38,950 nt of DNA, from NCBI GenBank assembly GCA_010093815.1, contig ML996569.1. One strand, written 5' to 3'. Position 1 is the stretch's first letter, and each line of letters starts with the position of its first letter. Below the pieces are notes generated by a model. The model made no database searches and had not been told where the DNA came from. It worked only from the letters and a program-made list of their open reading frames with translations. This DNA is from Pseudovirgaria hyperparasitica (lineage: Eukaryota). This document shows positions 37,768 through 38,950 of this stretch, one piece after another. The translations under genes and the position numbers were made by a program.

Positions 37768-38950
37768 ATAATAATAATAATAATAATAATATTGTATAAC
37801 TAGGTAGAGTAGTACTCTATAGGCTAATGCCTCCTCTAGTCTAAGCCACTATATAAGAAGAAACCCCATAGGGAAAAACTTCCTTATATCTATAACTATA
37901 TCTCGTTAAACCTCTATTTCGTCTTAAGTATATAGCTATAGAGTACGCCTATTAGCCTATAGCCTATATTACCGTTATTTCGCCCTTAGGTAGTACGTAT
38001 AGATACGGAGGTTATTAGTTAAGGGCTGCCCTTAACTAATAATCGGGGTTCTCCTAGGGTTCTTCCGGTATATATCGGGTTACTACTAGCGTATACCGGG
38101 TCTCTTCCGGCATATATTTCCGGGTCTACTAGTACTAGAGGAGTAGTAGATATATAAGTATCTATCGGGAGACGTCCTTAGGGTACTTATTAAGCTATTA
38201 TACGATATCTAAAGTCTTCGTAATATAGATAAGCTATTACCGTTATATATGGAGGTTAGGGTATATAGCTAGATAGTGGCGTATTATACCTCTCCGGCCG
38301 TACGCCTTACACTATAGGGAGGTATTAGGAACGCCTCTCTTATAGATATAGTATAGGAGTCCTATAGCGCCCGTTCGGGCTTAGATAAGTATAGATACTT
38401 AGGCTTTCGTTAGCCCTTTATATATCTATTTACTCGGTTCCTTCTATGGCCCTTAAATCTACTCTAGGTACCTATCCTACTAGAAGGTCTAGTAGGCACG
38501 GAGTGCCTCTTTCTACTTATCTTAAGTCCACGACCGTATATTTTTCACGAGTTCTTAAAGGCTCTACTAGTCTAGGAGAGCGTCTGGGTTATCTCGGACT
38601 TCTTATACTACTTAGCTAGAGTCGGCTTCTATTAAGCACCTATACCGTATTTAATTCCGGCCTATATATAGGAGTATACGGTAATATATACTAATTCGTG
38701 CGCGTAGCGCGGCGAAAGTATATTCTACGTTTCCTATGCGTTCCTATACTTATTATTTAGTAAAGTATACCACTCTCTATATCTAGTAGAAGTTATATAT
38801 ACTTATGACGTCTATCTCGTGTCGTAGTAGTACCGTGTTAGTAGCTTTATATACGCCTAATATAAGACGGAGTATACGGTTCTATATGGATTCGAGCTTT
38901 ATTCGCCTAGTCTATATAAGGGCCGTGTACTAGCACTCGTGTCCGTACGT
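37768..38950 (-). mobile_element. Tad-like LINE, subfamily 1 (copy L3), 3' end with (TTA)n tail; runs out of the window
   Basis: (TAA)n on the + strand at 37768-37792. Near-identical to 2847-3993 apart from transitions. Confidence 0.93.
38010..38044. repeat. Palindrome copy 5 (LINE L3 ORF2 end)
   Basis: TTATTAGTTAAGGG-CTG-CCCTTAACTAATAA. Confidence 0.97.

Noticed and set aside
3053..38044. Palindromes as rho-independent terminators or as by-products of RIP
   Set aside because: The DNA is eukaryotic and there is no U-tract. RIP cannot create identical 31-bp sequences with GGG/CCC cores in unrelated elements.
1..38950. Alternative genetic code (TAA/TAG reassigned) explaining the in-frame stops
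   Set aside because: Copies differ at these sites by C>T/G>A, and catalytic Asp, Cys, His and Trp codons are damaged in the same way, which fits RIP.

Overview
This is a gene-free nest of retrotransposons from a filamentous ascomycete, heavily mutated by RIP. TpA is in large excess, CpA/TpG are depleted, and copies of one element differ almost only by C>T/G>A. There are two assembly gaps and no intact host gene; reading frames are recognisable only by reading TAA/TAG as CAA/CAG/TGG. Contents: (i) Gypsy family A, non-chromodomain and probably Ylt1-like, with 372-bp LTRs, a tRNA-Gln-like PBS and a single gag-pol frame. It carries a ~3.8-kb insert between pol and the 3' LTR, encoding a ~990-codon protein with an Fe(II)/2-oxoglutarate dioxygenase-like domain. 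(ii) Gypsy family B, a chromovirus with 228-bp LTRs and self-priming PBS, in two tail-to-tail copies, each carrying an antisense four-exon gene. (iii) Three Tad-like LINE copies from two subfamilies. (iv) A 602-bp TRIM-like mini LTR element. (v) An old Copia relic that hosts several insertions. The same ~35-bp palindrome (core TTATTAGTTAAGGG-CTR-CCCTTAACTAATAA) occurs in both the LINEs and Gypsy A, either in-frame or overlapping ORF stop codons.
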